DNA of 64,000 bases from an uncultured delta proteobacterium (GTDB lineage: Bacteria > Desulfobacterota > Desulfobacteria > Desulfobacterales > B30-G6). Numbering within the stretch: position 1 is the first letter of the stretch; every line of letters begins with the position of its first letter. A program made the position numbers and the translations under genes. This document shows, piece by piece, positions 30,605-40,719 of the stretch. The DNA is taken from positions 288,001 to 352,000 of the forward strand of contig CAWGLD010000007.1 of the NCBI GenBank assembly GCA_963823335.1, given 5' to 3'. The notes beneath the pieces are model-generated. The model ran no database searches, was not told where the DNA came from, and saw only the letters and a list, made by a program, of their open reading frames with translations.

Positions 30605-31687
30605 TTATGCCTCTGTAAAATCCGAAGGCGGCTCGCGCAGCAATGGACGAAATTTGGCCTTGTCGTTTGCCTTTTGGTAGGCATCGTCTCCAGAAATCCA
30701 GCCCTTGTTGTAAAGATCCATAATGGCTTCATCGAGCAACTGCATGCCGTATTTTTTCCCGGTCTGTATCATCGAATTGAGCTGATGGGTCTTGGATTCT
30801 CTAATCAGGTTTCGCACGGCCGGTGTAGCGATAAGGATCTCGAGTGCGGGAATCCTGCCCTTTTTGTCCGACCGTTTGAAAAGTACCTGGGCAACGATGG
30901 CACGTACACCGTCTGCCAGGGTCGATCGAATCTGGGCCTGCTCATTGGAAGGAAACACCTCGACAATTCGATCTACCGTCTTGGCCGCGCTGGTGGTATG
31001 CAGGGTTCCAAAAACAAGATGGCCGGTGGACGCTGCTTCTATCGCCAATGAAATGGTTTCCAGATCCCGCATTTCGCCCACCAGGATGATATCGGGGTCT
31101 TCCCGGAGCGCTCCCCGAAGGGCTGCGCTGAAAGACTTGGTGTGAATACCTACCTCCCGGTGGTTCACGAGACAGGACTGGCTGTTGTGAACAAATTCAA
31201 TGGGATCCTCAACTGTAATGATATGATCATGCCGTGTCTTGTTGGCCTCGTCGATGATGGCCGCCAGGGTGGTTGACTTACCGCTGCCCGTAGGCCCGGT
31301 GATAACCACAAGACCCCTGGGGAGACTTGATAGTTTTTTAATGACCGGTGGCAGACCCAGGTCCTCGGCCGTCATGATCGTGCTCGGGATCTCCCTAAAA
31401 ACAGCCCCGACACCATTTTTCTGCATAAAGAAATTGGAGCGGTATCGTGCCAGCCCCGGAATCTCGTATCCGAAATCGACATCGCCCGTCTCTTCGAACA
31501 CCTTGACCTTGTCCTCGGGGGTAATCTCATACAGCATCCCTCGAAGGTCGTCGTTGCTCAATACCTTGTATTTGACCCTCTCGATATCGCCCCGGACTCT
31601 TAGGGCCGGCGGCTGACCCGCCACAAGATGTAGATCTGATGCCCCTTGCTCATGCATCAATTTGAAAAAAGCGTCGATCTTAGCCAT
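30605..31687 (-). CDS. pilT: twitching motility ATPase PilT
   Basis: ASDLHL, GPTGSGKST, ALREDPD, AVRNLIRE. Confidence 0.93.
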   Translation of the reverse strand: MAKIDAFFKLMHEQGASDLHLVAGQPPALRVRGDIERVKYKVLSNDDLRGMLYEITPEDKVKVFEETGDVDFGYEIPGLARYRSNFFMQKNGVGAVFREIPSTIMTAEDLGLPPVIKKLSSLPRGLVVITGPTGSGKSTTLAAIIDEANKTRHDHIITVEDPIEFVHNSQSCLVNHREVGIHTKSFSAALRGALREDPDIILVGEMRDLETISLAIEAASTGHLVFGTLHTTSAAKTVDRIVEVFPSNEQAQIRSTLADGVRAIVAQVLFKRSDKKGRIPALEILIATPAVRNLIRESKTHQLNSMIQTGKKYGMQLLDEAIMDLYNKGWISGDDAYQKANDKAKFRPLLREPPSDFTEA

Positions 31688-31722
31688 GGCCACTCCTCAT
31701 AGTTATGTTTCACCGTTGGTGT

Positions 31723-31863
31723 TGAACCGCAACAGCGAGCGCAAACTCCGCAGATTGCCTCAGGGTTAGCGAGCAAATCTGGATTAGACAGAGTTTCTTA
31801 CGGTCGCTGCGAAGCACTGCCACACGGCAGAACTTTCCTTGCAGCTTGCTGCAAGGTTCTTCG
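31723..31863 (+). repeat. long form of family A repeat (two palindromic cores)
   Basis: TGAACCGCAACAGCGAGCGC...GCAGCTTGCTGCAAGGTTCTTCG. Confidence 0.75.
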
Positions 31864-31922
31864 ATCTTATACTGACAGGTTGTTCATGGTCAAACCCAAG
31901 ACCGGAAAGCATCCTAAATGGT

Positions 31923-32222
31923 TTACACCAGCGACATCGCCACCCTGCTCAGACTGCTGACCAGGAACGTTCGAAGAAATATCACAGCCATAAAAACCAA
32001 AATCGGCGAAAAATCGATACCACCTATATTGATGGGTATTCGTCGGCGAATGGGATAGAGGATCGGTTCTGTAGCATTATGAATAAAGCGTACAATGGGG
32101 TTGAACGGGTCCGGGTTTACCCACGACAACAACGCTCGGGCGATGACAATCCACATGAATGCAATCAGCACGATGTCAAGCACCTTGGCTACAGCCATCA
32201 GAAAATAGCCGATAATATACAT
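31923..32222 (-). CDS. yggT: YggT family membrane protein
   Basis: LSWVNPDPFNP, TEPIL, GGIDFSP. Confidence 0.92.
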   Translation of the reverse strand: MYIIGYFLMAVAKVLDIVLIAFMWIVIARALLSWVNPDPFNPIVRFIHNATEPILYPIRRRIPINIGGIDFSPILVFMAVIFLRTFLVSSLSRVAMSLV

Positions 32223-32382
32223 AAAACAACACAGTCCTTCGATCTTTTTTTTGGGCCTGGTTAATAAAATCAGGTTGAAATTTTGATGTCAAACCTAAGT
32301 ACATAATGAACAAGAAGTCAAGAATTTTCATGTAAAGTCACCGGCCCCATTCAAGGGAAATAGGGCCTCATCGTTCCGAAAT

Positions 32383-32416
32383 TGAAGAACCTCGCAGCAA
32401 GCTGCAAGGTTCTTCA
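32383..32416. repeat. palindromic fusion of two family A right ends
   Basis: TGAAGAACCTCGCAGCAAGCTGCAAGGTTCTTCA. Confidence 0.75.
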
Positions 32417-32564
32417 ATAGCTTTTTTTTGTCTTGCTTATTAGGCACTTTGTCATTAGGGTATGGTCCGTTTTGTTTTATCCGGTTCCAACACGATTTTC
32501 TGCTGTCTTGTTCGTACAAATCCGTATAGACGCACTGTGAGACGGCAAGAGGGGGTATGCGTTA

Positions 32565-33437
32565 ATGTCTACAGGAGAAAAGACACTGCTTCAGGGGAAA
32601 AAAATCTGTTTTATCGGCACGGGCAACATGGGCGAAGCGCTGTTGAGTGGACTGGTTTCAAATTCCATCAGACCCGAGGATATCATCTGTACCGATGTAC
32701 GCGAATCTACCTTGACGCTCATCGCTGAAAAATACCGGGTCCGCACCACCACGGACAACAAGGCTGCCATTCGATCATCTGAGATTGTCATTTTCGCGGT
32801 CAAGCCGCAGATACTGGCCCTTGTTCTCAAAGAGACCGCCGAGTGCCTGGACATGAGCAAACTGATCATTTCAATCGCAGCCGGTGTTCCACTCGCTGCG
32901 ATTGAATCCTGTCTCAACAGGGAACTGCGACTTATTCGGGTCATGCCGAATATCGCAGCCTTTGTAAAGGAAAGCGCCACAGCCATCGCCCCGGGCAGAA
33001 ATGCCGGCAAAGAAGATATCGCCATGGCAAAAGCCATCTTCGATTCGGTGGGCAGGTCTGTTTTTATCGATGAAACAAATCTCATGGATGCCATTACCGG
33101 TTTGAGCGGCAGCGGTCCTGCATACATTTTTCTGATTGTGGATGCCATGGCTGATGCCGGTGTCAAGATGGGGCTCTCCAGACAGGATTCCCTGTTCCTT
33201 TCCATGCAGACCGTGCTGGGGTCGGCCAAGGTTCTCCTGGAAACCAAAGAGCATCCCGGCCAGCTCAAAGACAGGGTTACGTCACCGGGTGGAACCGCTA
33301 TTGCCGGAATCCACACACTTGAAAAGGGGGGGCTCCGGACAACCTTGATCAATGCAGTGGAAGCAGCCACCAATCGATCCAAGGAACTCGGAGAATTGAT
33401 GATTAAACATTTCGCCGAAAACGGCACCAGCAAATAA
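32565..33437 (+). CDS. proC: pyrroline-5-carboxylate reductase
   Basis: IGTGNMG, AVKPQ, RVMPN, SGSGPAY, VTSPGGTAIAG. Confidence 0.97.
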   Translation: MSTGEKTLLQGKKICFIGTGNMGEALLSGLVSNSIRPEDIICTDVRESTLTLIAEKYRVRTTTDNKAAIRSSEIVIFAVKPQILALVLKETAECLDMSKLIISIAAGVPLAAIESCLNRELRLIRVMPNIAAFVKESATAIAPGRNAGKEDIAMAKAIFDSVGRSVFIDETNLMDAITGLSGSGPAYIFLIVDAMADAGVKMGLSRQDSLFLSMQTVLGSAKVLLETKEHPGQLKDRVTSPGGTAIAGIHTLEKGGLRTTLINAVEAATNRSKELGELMIKHFAENGTSK

Positions 33438-33579
33438 AACCCGGTTTCGGAAACCTCTATGACGTTGATATCTTAAGGGAATATACTGGTATACGACCTT
33501 CTAAATTCGACATTAAAAAAAAGATCTTTTATCACGAAAAAGACCATGACATTTTTATTATAACTATTTGATATATATC

Positions 33580-34284
33580 ATGTTTACTGAAACCGTTTCC
33601 TATTCCGCCGCGTTTGTGGCCGGACTGTTATCCTTTTTTTCTCCGTGTGTCCTCCCGCTGATACCGGCCTATTTTACCTTTATTTCCGGATTGTCTCTGG
33701 AGGAACTTACCCATGGCTACACTGCTGAAATCCGGAGAAAAGTCTTCTTCTCGACCATGTCTTTCATCGCAGGCTTCTCGGTAATTTTTATCCTGCTGGG
33801 AGCTTCCGCGTCTTATCTGGGTGGACTGACACACGATTACCGGGGTATCATCCGTGTTGCCGGTGGGGCTCTGATCGTTATACTGGGAATTCATTTGACG
33901 GGTATTGTCCGAATACCGTTCCTCGAATTTGAAAAAAAATTTCACCTGAAACAAAAACCATTGAATATTTTTGGAACATTTCTGGTGGGCATGGCATTCG
34001 GTGCCGGGTGGAGCCCCTGTACAGGGCCACAACTCGGATCCATTCTCGCTCTGGCCATGGGTAAAGGAACCGTCTGGCACGGCATCGGACTGTTAAGCAC
34101 CTACTCGGCGGGGATGGCGCTACCCTTTGTGGCCATATCGGTCTTTATCAATTATATGCTCGTTTTTGTCCGCAAAACATCCCGTTTTATGCCACTATTC
34201 AACAAAGTAGCAGGAACCATATTGATCCTGATCGGCCTGCTTCTCCTGGCGGACAAGCTCTATATTCTGACAGGAACAGGATAA
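33580..34284 (+). CDS. ccdA: cytochrome c biogenesis / disulfide transport protein CcdA
   Basis: SFFSPCVLPLIP and GWSPCTGP motifs, multiple TM. Confidence 0.92.
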   Translation: MFTETVSYSAAFVAGLLSFFSPCVLPLIPAYFTFISGLSLEELTHGYTAEIRRKVFFSTMSFIAGFSVIFILLGASASYLGGLTHDYRGIIRVAGGALIVILGIHLTGIVRIPFLEFEKKFHLKQKPLNIFGTFLVGMAFGAGWSPCTGPQLGSILALAMGKGTVWHGIGLLSTYSAGMALPFVAISVFINYMLVFVRKTSRFMPLFNKVAGTILILIGLLLLADKLYILTGTG

Positions 34285-34291
34285 TCACAAC

Positions 34292-34753
34292 ATGAAAAAT
34301 CACATAAAATTCAGCATATGCCTGACAGCAGCCCTGCTGATATGGGCTGTAGCGCTGCCTGTAACCGGTGCCGACCAGATTAAGTGGTACCCCCATGAAG
34401 AGGGGACGGCCCTGGGAGTCTTGGAAGGCAAAAAAGTTTTCATCTTTTTCCACGCGGACTGGTGCAGATACTGTGAAACCATGGACCGGAAGACCTTTCA
34501 GGATGCCGGCATCATCTCTTATTTAACTTCACACTTCATCTCTATTAAAGTCGACGTGGAACGGGAAAAATCCATTGCAAAGAAATACAATATCAATCCC
34601 CTGCCGGACTGCTGGTTTCTATCCGAAAAGGGAGACATCATTGGGAACAGACCTGGATATCTGTCGGCCGAAGACCTGATGCCGATTCTCCAGTTTATCA
34701 AGACGGAAAGCTTTTTAAAGATGAGTTACCAGCAGTTCAAAGAGAGCCTGTAA
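34292..34753 (+). CDS. exported thioredoxin-family protein (SoxW/DUF255-like)
   Basis: Signal peptide, FHADWCRYC; follows ccdA. Confidence 0.85.
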   Translation: MKNHIKFSICLTAALLIWAVALPVTGADQIKWYPHEEGTALGVLEGKKVFIFFHADWCRYCETMDRKTFQDAGIISYLTSHFISIKVDVEREKSIAKKYNINPLPDCWFLSEKGDIIGNRPGYLSAEDLMPILQFIKTESFLKMSYQQFKESL

Positions 34754-34799
34754 GCAGATTAAATCCTGTTGAACCCGTTCTTTTCATGTACAAAAGCTG

Positions 34800-35075
34800 C
34801 TATCGGAAGAGATCTCCCTGTCTCGAAAATCGCCGGACAAGTCGAATCGATATTGAAATAATGACATAAAGACACATGAGTAACAGACTGGCCGGTAACC
34901 ATTGATGGGAAGTGTATTCTGAATTGACCTGTGCGACCCATAAACCACAAGCACTGAACAGCGACACTATAACCATCAAGAAGATGACCACGACACACAA
35001 CGTTTCGGAGTCATACCAGGGAGAAATGGTTTTTCTGAACAAAGGGCTTTGGTCGAATCTCATAATCTGACCCAT
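34800..35075 (-). CDS. small 2-TM hypothetical membrane protein
   Basis: Two hydrophobic segments; occupies otherwise empty interval. Confidence 0.55.
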   Translation of the reverse strand: MGQIMRFDQSPLFRKTISPWYDSETLCVVVIFLMVIVSLFSACGLWVAQVNSEYTSHQWLPASLLLMCLYVIISISIRLVRRFSRQGDLFR

Positions 35076-35112
35076 ATCACGTGGCCCGTCAACATATCAA
35101 GTAAAAGTGATT

Positions 35113-35184
35113 GGATCATCTCCCATTGGGTTGATCCAGTTGAAGGGTTCGAGGGTCCGAGGGTGATACAAGGGTTCGAGAGTA
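35113..35184 (+). repeat. left-end fragment of four-helix cassette plus 8-mer repeats
   Basis: GGATCATCTCCCATTGGGTTGATCC; GGGTCCGAGGGTGATACAAGGGTTCGAGAGTA is the reverse complement of 62781-62812. Confidence 0.7.
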
Positions 35185-35275
35185 GCTAACGGCTGTAAGC
35201 AGAAAGCAACATCCCAGCCTTCGAGCATCCAAGCATAAATAGGGTGCTATAATTCCTTTGCCACGGTGGAATAGA

Positions 35276-35323
35276 TCACAACATATTGTAATATTTGTGT
35301 TGACAAGTATCAACATGTTGTTG
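35276..35323 (+). promoter_or_regulatory. tandem NrdR-like boxes flanking the nrdD -35
   Basis: TCACAACATATTGTAA (35276) and TATCAACATGTTGTTG (35308), 32 bp apart, around TTGACA 35300. Confidence 0.7.
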
Positions 35324-35573
35324 TAGAAGCGGTTTCATCCTTCAGTATCCATCGTGTGGTACGTTGACTCCAAAAACCTTCAATTTACAAGTGGCGCATC
35401 CATAGCAGAACAGCAATTTGACAGTTTCTGCTCTGGCTTTTCGGTCAAAGGAGACGGCATGTCTCCGTTAGTTCAGGTTCGGAACCGCGTGCCAAGCACG
35501 CGGTTTGTAGAACAATGAAAACAGGGGATTTTTCAGCGATCTCCTCCAACAAGACAGGCGAGAGGAAAAACAC

Positions 35574-37787
35574 GTGTTCGAGCAGATAAAGAAACGGGAC
35601 GGCAGAATTCAGAAATTCGATTCAAAAAATATCATAGAAGCTATCGCCAAAGCTGGAAAAGCCACCGGAGAATTTACAGAAAGAGAAGCCAAAAAACTGA
35701 CGCTTCGCGTCCTTACCCTGGCCCATGAACTCAGACTGGCCTCGATACCGGAAGTGGAAGAAATTCAGGACATCGTCGAAAGAGTACTGCTCGATTCACC
35801 CTTTTACAAAACAGCCAAGGCCTATATCCTTTATCGGGAGCAGCACGCCCAGATCCGCCGAATTGCCACGGAAGCCAATGTCGATCTGGTTGAACACTAT
35901 ATCCAAAAACTGGACTGGAAGATTAAAGAGAACAGCAATATGTGCTATTCTCTGCAGGGACTCAACAATTACATCAGTTCGGACATCACCTCGGAATATT
36001 GGCTCAACAGTATCTATCCCCCGGAAATCAGGCGGGCGCATAAAACTGGTGACATGCATATACACGACCTCAGTCTCCTGTCCGTCTACTGTGTGGGCTG
36101 GGACCTGAAGGATCTTCTCGTCATGGGTTTCAGAGGGGTTGAGGGCAAGGTTGAAAGCGCCCCGCCCAAGCACCTCCGATCAGCCCTGGGTCAAATCGTC
36201 AACTTTTTCTATACGCTGCAGGGTGAAGCAGCCGGCGCCCAGGCGCTATCGAATTTCGACACATTGCTAGCGCCCTTTATCCGCTACGACAACCTCGACT
36301 ACAAGGATGTCAAACAAGCGTTGCAGGAATTCATTTTCAATATCAACATCCCCACACGGGTGGGGTTCCAGACTCCCTTTACCAACATTACCATGGATCT
36401 CTATGTTCCATCCATCCTTAAAGATCACCCGATCATCCTGGGAGGTCAGGAACAAGATGCCACCTATGCCGATTTTCAACCGGAGATGGACATCCTGAAT
36501 ATGGCTTTTGCGGAGGTTATGATGGAAGGCGACGCCAAAGGCCGGGTCTTTACCTTCCCCATACCGACGTATAACATTACAAAAGACTTTGACTGGGAAA
36601 ATCCCAACCTGGACATGATATGGAAAATGACCGGCAAATACGGCATCCCCTATTTCTCCAATTTCGTCAATTCGGACATGTCGCCTGAAGACGCACGATC
36701 CATGTGCTGTCGACTTCGCCTTGACAACCGTGAACTTCTAAAACGGGGCGGTGGTTTGTTCGGTGCCAATCCACTCACCGGATCCATCGGTGTTGTCACC
36801 ATCAACCTGCCGAGGATTGGCGTTTCAGCAGAGAATAGAACCGAATTCTTCCAGACCGTCCAGGAAAACATTCTTCTGGCCATCAAGAGCCTGGCCATCA
36901 AACGAAAGGTCCTGGAACGATTTACCGAAAAGAATCTCTATCCATATTCCAAGTTCTATTTGAGGGACATCAAGGAGGGATCCGGTCTTTACTGGAAAAA
37001 CCACTTCTCAACCATCGGGATCATCGGTATGAACGAAGCGTGCCTGAATTTTCTGGGAGAAGACATCGCCAGCAAAGCAGGCCACACGTTTGCACTGGAA
37101 GTCATGGACTATATTCGTGATATCATTTCTGAAATTCAAGAAGAAACCGGCGATATCTTCAATCTTGAAGCAACACCGGCAGAAGGAACTTCTTATCGAC
37201 TGGCCATGCTGGATAAAAATCTTTACCCGGAAATCATCTGTGCCAACGAGGCAGATTACCAGACCGGCGCAGCTCCCTATTACACCAATTCGACCCAGCT
37301 GCCGGTCAATTACACAGATGATGTTTTTGAAACCCTGCAACTTCAGGACACGCTTCAGACAAAATATACCGGTGGAACAGTCCTGCATATTTTTCTAGGA
37401 GAACAGGTTGAAGATCCAGCAGTAACCAAACAGCTCATCAGGAAAATTTCCAATAAATTTCACCTGCCCTACTTTACCCTCTCTCCTACATTCAGTATCT
37501 GCCCTTCCCACGGCTACCTGAAAGGCGAAAAGTCCCTGTGTGACTGCTGCAGCCAGGACACCGAAATCTACTCGCAGGTGGTGGGGTACTTGAGACCGAT
37601 CAAACAGTGGAACCCCGGTAAGCAGGCTGAGGTCAATCTGCGAAAAACCTACAAGGCGCTCGACCAGGCCAACCATCCGGGCACGGGAGCAGAAATAAGA
37701 CCTTCTGGGGAATGCTATAATCCCGCCCCATCATGTGACAGCGGTATAAACCGGGAAAAGACACCGCAACAGCGCGTGGCAAAATAG
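35574..37787 (+). CDS. nrdD: class III anaerobic ribonucleotide reductase with ATP cone
   Basis: IKKRDG ATP cone, YCVGW, SMCCRL, EATPAE, YTGGT, CxxH..CxxC, glycyl loop VVGYLRP; GTG start. Confidence 0.96.
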   Translation: MFEQIKKRDGRIQKFDSKNIIEAIAKAGKATGEFTEREAKKLTLRVLTLAHELRLASIPEVEEIQDIVERVLLDSPFYKTAKAYILYREQHAQIRRIATEANVDLVEHYIQKLDWKIKENSNMCYSLQGLNNYISSDITSEYWLNSIYPPEIRRAHKTGDMHIHDLSLLSVYCVGWDLKDLLVMGFRGVEGKVESAPPKHLRSALGQIVNFFYTLQGEAAGAQALSNFDTLLAPFIRYDNLDYKDVKQALQEFIFNINIPTRVGFQTPFTNITMDLYVPSILKDHPIILGGQEQDATYADFQPEMDILNMAFAEVMMEGDAKGRVFTFPIPTYNITKDFDWENPNLDMIWKMTGKYGIPYFSNFVNSDMSPEDARSMCCRLRLDNRELLKRGGGLFGANPLTGSIGVVTINLPRIGVSAENRTEFFQTVQENILLAIKSLAIKRKVLERFTEKNLYPYSKFYLRDIKEGSGLYWKNHFSTIGIIGMNEACLNFLGEDIASKAGHTFALEVMDYIRDIISEIQEETGDIFNLEATPAEGTSYRLAMLDKNLYPEIICANEADYQTGAAPYYTNSTQLPVNYTDDVFETLQLQDTLQTKYTGGTVLHIFLGEQVEDPAVTKQLIRKISNKFHLPYFTLSPTFSICPSHGYLKGEKSLCDCCSQDTEIYSQVVGYLRPIKQWNPGKQAEVNLRKTYKALDQANHPGTGAEIRPSGECYNPAPSCDSGINREKTPQQRVAK

Positions 37788-37823
37788 CAACAATGTAAGG
37801 ATTTCATTGATCGGCAACCCTTC

Positions 37824-38522
37824 ATGATATTCGGTGGTCTTCAAAAACAGTCCCTGATCGACTTTCCCGGAAAGATCAGCTGTGTCCTTTTTACATCCGG
37901 ATGCAATTTCACCTGTCCCTACTGCCACAATCCTGACCTGGCCCGTGGACAGATTCATCCGTCCCGTATCTTGACAGAAGAAAGCATATACGATTTTCTT
38001 GAAAAACGTAAAGACTTCCTGGATGGCGTCGTCATCTCGGGTGGAGAGCCGACCCTCCACCGGGATCTTTCGACCATCTGTCACACCATCAAAAAAATGG
38101 GATATCCCGTCAAGCTGGATACCAATGGAAGCCGGCCTGAAATTCTGGAGCAGTTAATCCAGAACCAGGATGTCGACTACATCGCCATGGATATCAAATC
38201 AGACCCCGCCGCCTATCCTCGCGAAATTTCGAGCAATGAGCATACGGCCGCTATTCTTGAGAGCATTGCCCTCATCATGACCGCCGGAATTTCATATGAA
38301 TTTCGTACGACATGCATCAAGCCGTTTTTAGACCGACCCATTGTCGAAAAAATAGCACACGCCATCCAGGGTGCTCAATGTTATGCCCTGCAACAATTCA
38401 AGGATGCGAACGTGCTGTCACCGGAGTATTTTCGCCACAGATCACCCCACTATTCACGCGCAGACCTGGAACAGTTTCAGACCCTGGCAGCCCCTTGGGT
38501 AGAAGCGTGTATTGTTCGTTAG
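37824..38522 (+). CDS. nrdG: anaerobic RNR-activating radical SAM enzyme
   Basis: GCNFTCPYCHNP, SGGEPT, KLDTNG, EFRTT. Confidence 0.94.
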   Translation: MIFGGLQKQSLIDFPGKISCVLFTSGCNFTCPYCHNPDLARGQIHPSRILTEESIYDFLEKRKDFLDGVVISGGEPTLHRDLSTICHTIKKMGYPVKLDTNGSRPEILEQLIQNQDVDYIAMDIKSDPAAYPREISSNEHTAAILESIALIMTAGISYEFRTTCIKPFLDRPIVEKIAHAIQGAQCYALQQFKDANVLSPEYFRHRSPHYSRADLEQFQTLAAPWVEACIVR

Positions 38523-38620
38523 TGCCCATCCACAAATGGTCTTTTCACGCCCTGCCGGCAACAAGAATCTTTTATTAGCTCTAAACGCGATTCATAAATC
38601 ATATCGGATTCACATATTTC

Positions 38621-38675
38621 TTGACACATTGGATTTATATTCTCTATGTTAATTAAATTGTTGCACGATTTAATT
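38621..38675 (+). promoter_or_regulatory. promoter and palindromic operator upstream of prpE
   Basis: TTGACA-18-TATGTT followed immediately by AATTAAATTGT-TGC-ACGATTTAATT. Confidence 0.55.
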
Positions 38676-38806
38676 AAACACGTCGTTATCGCTATTTGGA
38701 TGAAAGGTTTACAAGGTATCGGTCTTATCCCTGGCCTTACCAGGCAAACAGGTTTTACATAGTGAAATACACATGATTCCCTGTCTTGACAAAAGGAGGA
38801 GATGAT

Positions 38807-40717
38807 ATGACAACCCCGTACGATGCAGTGTTTAAAAAATCCATTGAAGACCCGAACGCGTTCTGGGCCGAAGCCGCTGAAGACTGTCACTGGTATAAAA
38901 AATGGGACAAGGTCCTCGACGACACCCACAAACCATTCTACCGCTGGTTTGCGGGCGGAGAAATCAATACCTGTTACAATGCCCTGGATTTTCACGTAGA
39001 GCAGGGCAGAGGGGACCAGTATGCCTTGATATACGACAGTCCTGTCACCAATACCGTTAAAAAATATACCTACAGCGAACTCCGGGACGACGTTGCCAAA
39101 TTTGCCGGTGTTCTGGCAGATCTGGATGTGCAAAAAGGGGATCGGGTCCTGATCTATATGCCCATGATCGCCGAAGCAGCCATTTCCATGCTGGCCTGTG
39201 CACGTATCGGGGCTGTTCACTCGGTCGTATTTGGTGGGTTTGCACCAAACGAACTGGCAACCCGCATCAATGATGCCAAGCCAAAGGTCATTGTTTCAGC
39301 GTCCTGCGGTATCGAAGTTTCCCGCGTCATCCCCTATAAACCCCTGCTGGATGCGGCCATTAACATGGCAAAAAGTGATTCCAAGCCCCAAAATTGTGTC
39401 ATTCTGCAGCGACCCATGGAAACAGCCGGTATGGTAGCGGGACGAGACCTGGACTGGCATGAGGCCGTGACGGCCGCAACACCCCACGACTGTGTTCCGG
39501 TGGCAGCTACAGACCCCCTCTATATTCTGTACACATCAGGTACGACGGGTGAGCCCAAAGGTGTTGTGCGGGACAACGGCGGTCATGTGGTGGCGCTGAA
39601 GTGGAGCATGAAGAATATCTACAACATCGATGCCGGTGATGTCTATTGGGCGGCTTCCGATGTAGGATGGGTGGTGGGTCACTCCTATATCATTTATGCC
39701 CCGCTCTTTAAAGGTTGCACCACGATTCTGTTCGAAGGCAAACCGGTTGGCACACCGGATGCGGGTGTTTTCTGGCGCGTCATATCAGACCATGGCGTCA
39801 AGACCATGTTTACCGCACCTACGGCTTTCCGTGCCATCAAACGCGAAGATCCAACCGCCGCGCTTACCAAGAAGTATGATCTCTCGAAATTCAAAACACT
39901 ATTTTTGGCGGGTGAACGCCTCGATCCGGACACACTCCACTGGGCGGAAAAGCATCTGGGAATTCCGGTAATCGATCACTGGTGGCAGACGGAAACCGGT
40001 TGGGCCATATGTGCCAACCCCATGGGCATCCACCCCTTTCCCGTCAAGGAAGGCTCACCCACAAAGCCGGCCCCGGGATGGGATGTCCAGGTCGTAGATG
40101 CCGAGAACCGTCAGGTCAAAGATGGCGAAATCGGTGCACTGGTTGTCAAACTACCGCTTCCCCCGGGCAGCCTGCCGACTCTCTGGAAAAAGGATGAGCG
40201 ATATATCAGCTCCTATCTGGAAGAATTTCCAGGGTATTATAAAACCGCCGACGCCGGTTTTATCGATGCCGACGGGTATGTTTTCGTCATGTCACGAACC
40301 GACGACATCATCAATGTCGCCGGCCATCGTCTTTCAACGGGTGCCATGGAGGAAATCCTGGCAGACCATCCGGATGTAGCTGAATGTGCCGTCCTGGGAG
40401 TGGCGGACGAACTCAAGGGACAGGTCCCGGTAGGTTTTCTGGTTCTGAATGCGGGCGTCGAAAGAGATCATGAAGAGATCATCAAAGAGGTTATCCAGTC
40501 TGTGAGAGATCGTATTGGTCCGGTAGCTTCGTTCAAGAAAGCCACGGTTGTCAAACGACTGCCCAAAACGCGGTCCGGCAAAATATTACGGGGTACGATC
40601 CAGAAGATTGCCGACAACAAGGAATACAAGGTCCCGGCAACCATCGATGATCCGACGATTCTGGGGGAAATGGAAGATGCACTGGTGGGCATCGGCTACG
40701 CCAAGGCCCGTAAATAA
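38807..40717 (+). CDS. prpE: propionyl-/acetyl-CoA synthetase
   Basis: YTSGTTGEPKG, VVRDNGG, WWQTETG, VAGHRLS, PKTRSGK; AGGAGG SD. Confidence 0.88.
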   Translation: MTTPYDAVFKKSIEDPNAFWAEAAEDCHWYKKWDKVLDDTHKPFYRWFAGGEINTCYNALDFHVEQGRGDQYALIYDSPVTNTVKKYTYSELRDDVAKFAGVLADLDVQKGDRVLIYMPMIAEAAISMLACARIGAVHSVVFGGFAPNELATRINDAKPKVIVSASCGIEVSRVIPYKPLLDAAINMAKSDSKPQNCVILQRPMETAGMVAGRDLDWHEAVTAATPHDCVPVAATDPLYILYTSGTTGEPKGVVRDNGGHVVALKWSMKNIYNIDAGDVYWAASDVGWVVGHSYIIYAPLFKGCTTILFEGKPVGTPDAGVFWRVISDHGVKTMFTAPTAFRAIKREDPTAALTKKYDLSKFKTLFLAGERLDPDTLHWAEKHLGIPVIDHWWQTETGWAICANPMGIHPFPVKEGSPTKPAPGWDVQVVDAENRQVKDGEIGALVVKLPLPPGSLPTLWKKDERYISSYLEEFPGYYKTADAGFIDADGYVFVMSRTDDIINVAGHRLSTGAMEEILADHPDVAECAVLGVADELKGQVPVGFLVLNAGVERDHEEIIKEVIQSVRDRIGPVASFKKATVVKRLPKTRSGKILRGTIQKIADNKEYKVPATIDDPTILGEMEDALVGIGYAKARK

Positions 40718-40719
40718 AA

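Noticed and set aside
32591-33433. 280-aa minus-strand ORF
   Set aside because: Antisense to proC.
33580-34753. CcdA/thioredoxin as reductant for the nearby NrdD
   Set aside because: The thioredoxin has a signal peptide (periplasmic) while NrdD is cytoplasmic, and they are separate transcription units.
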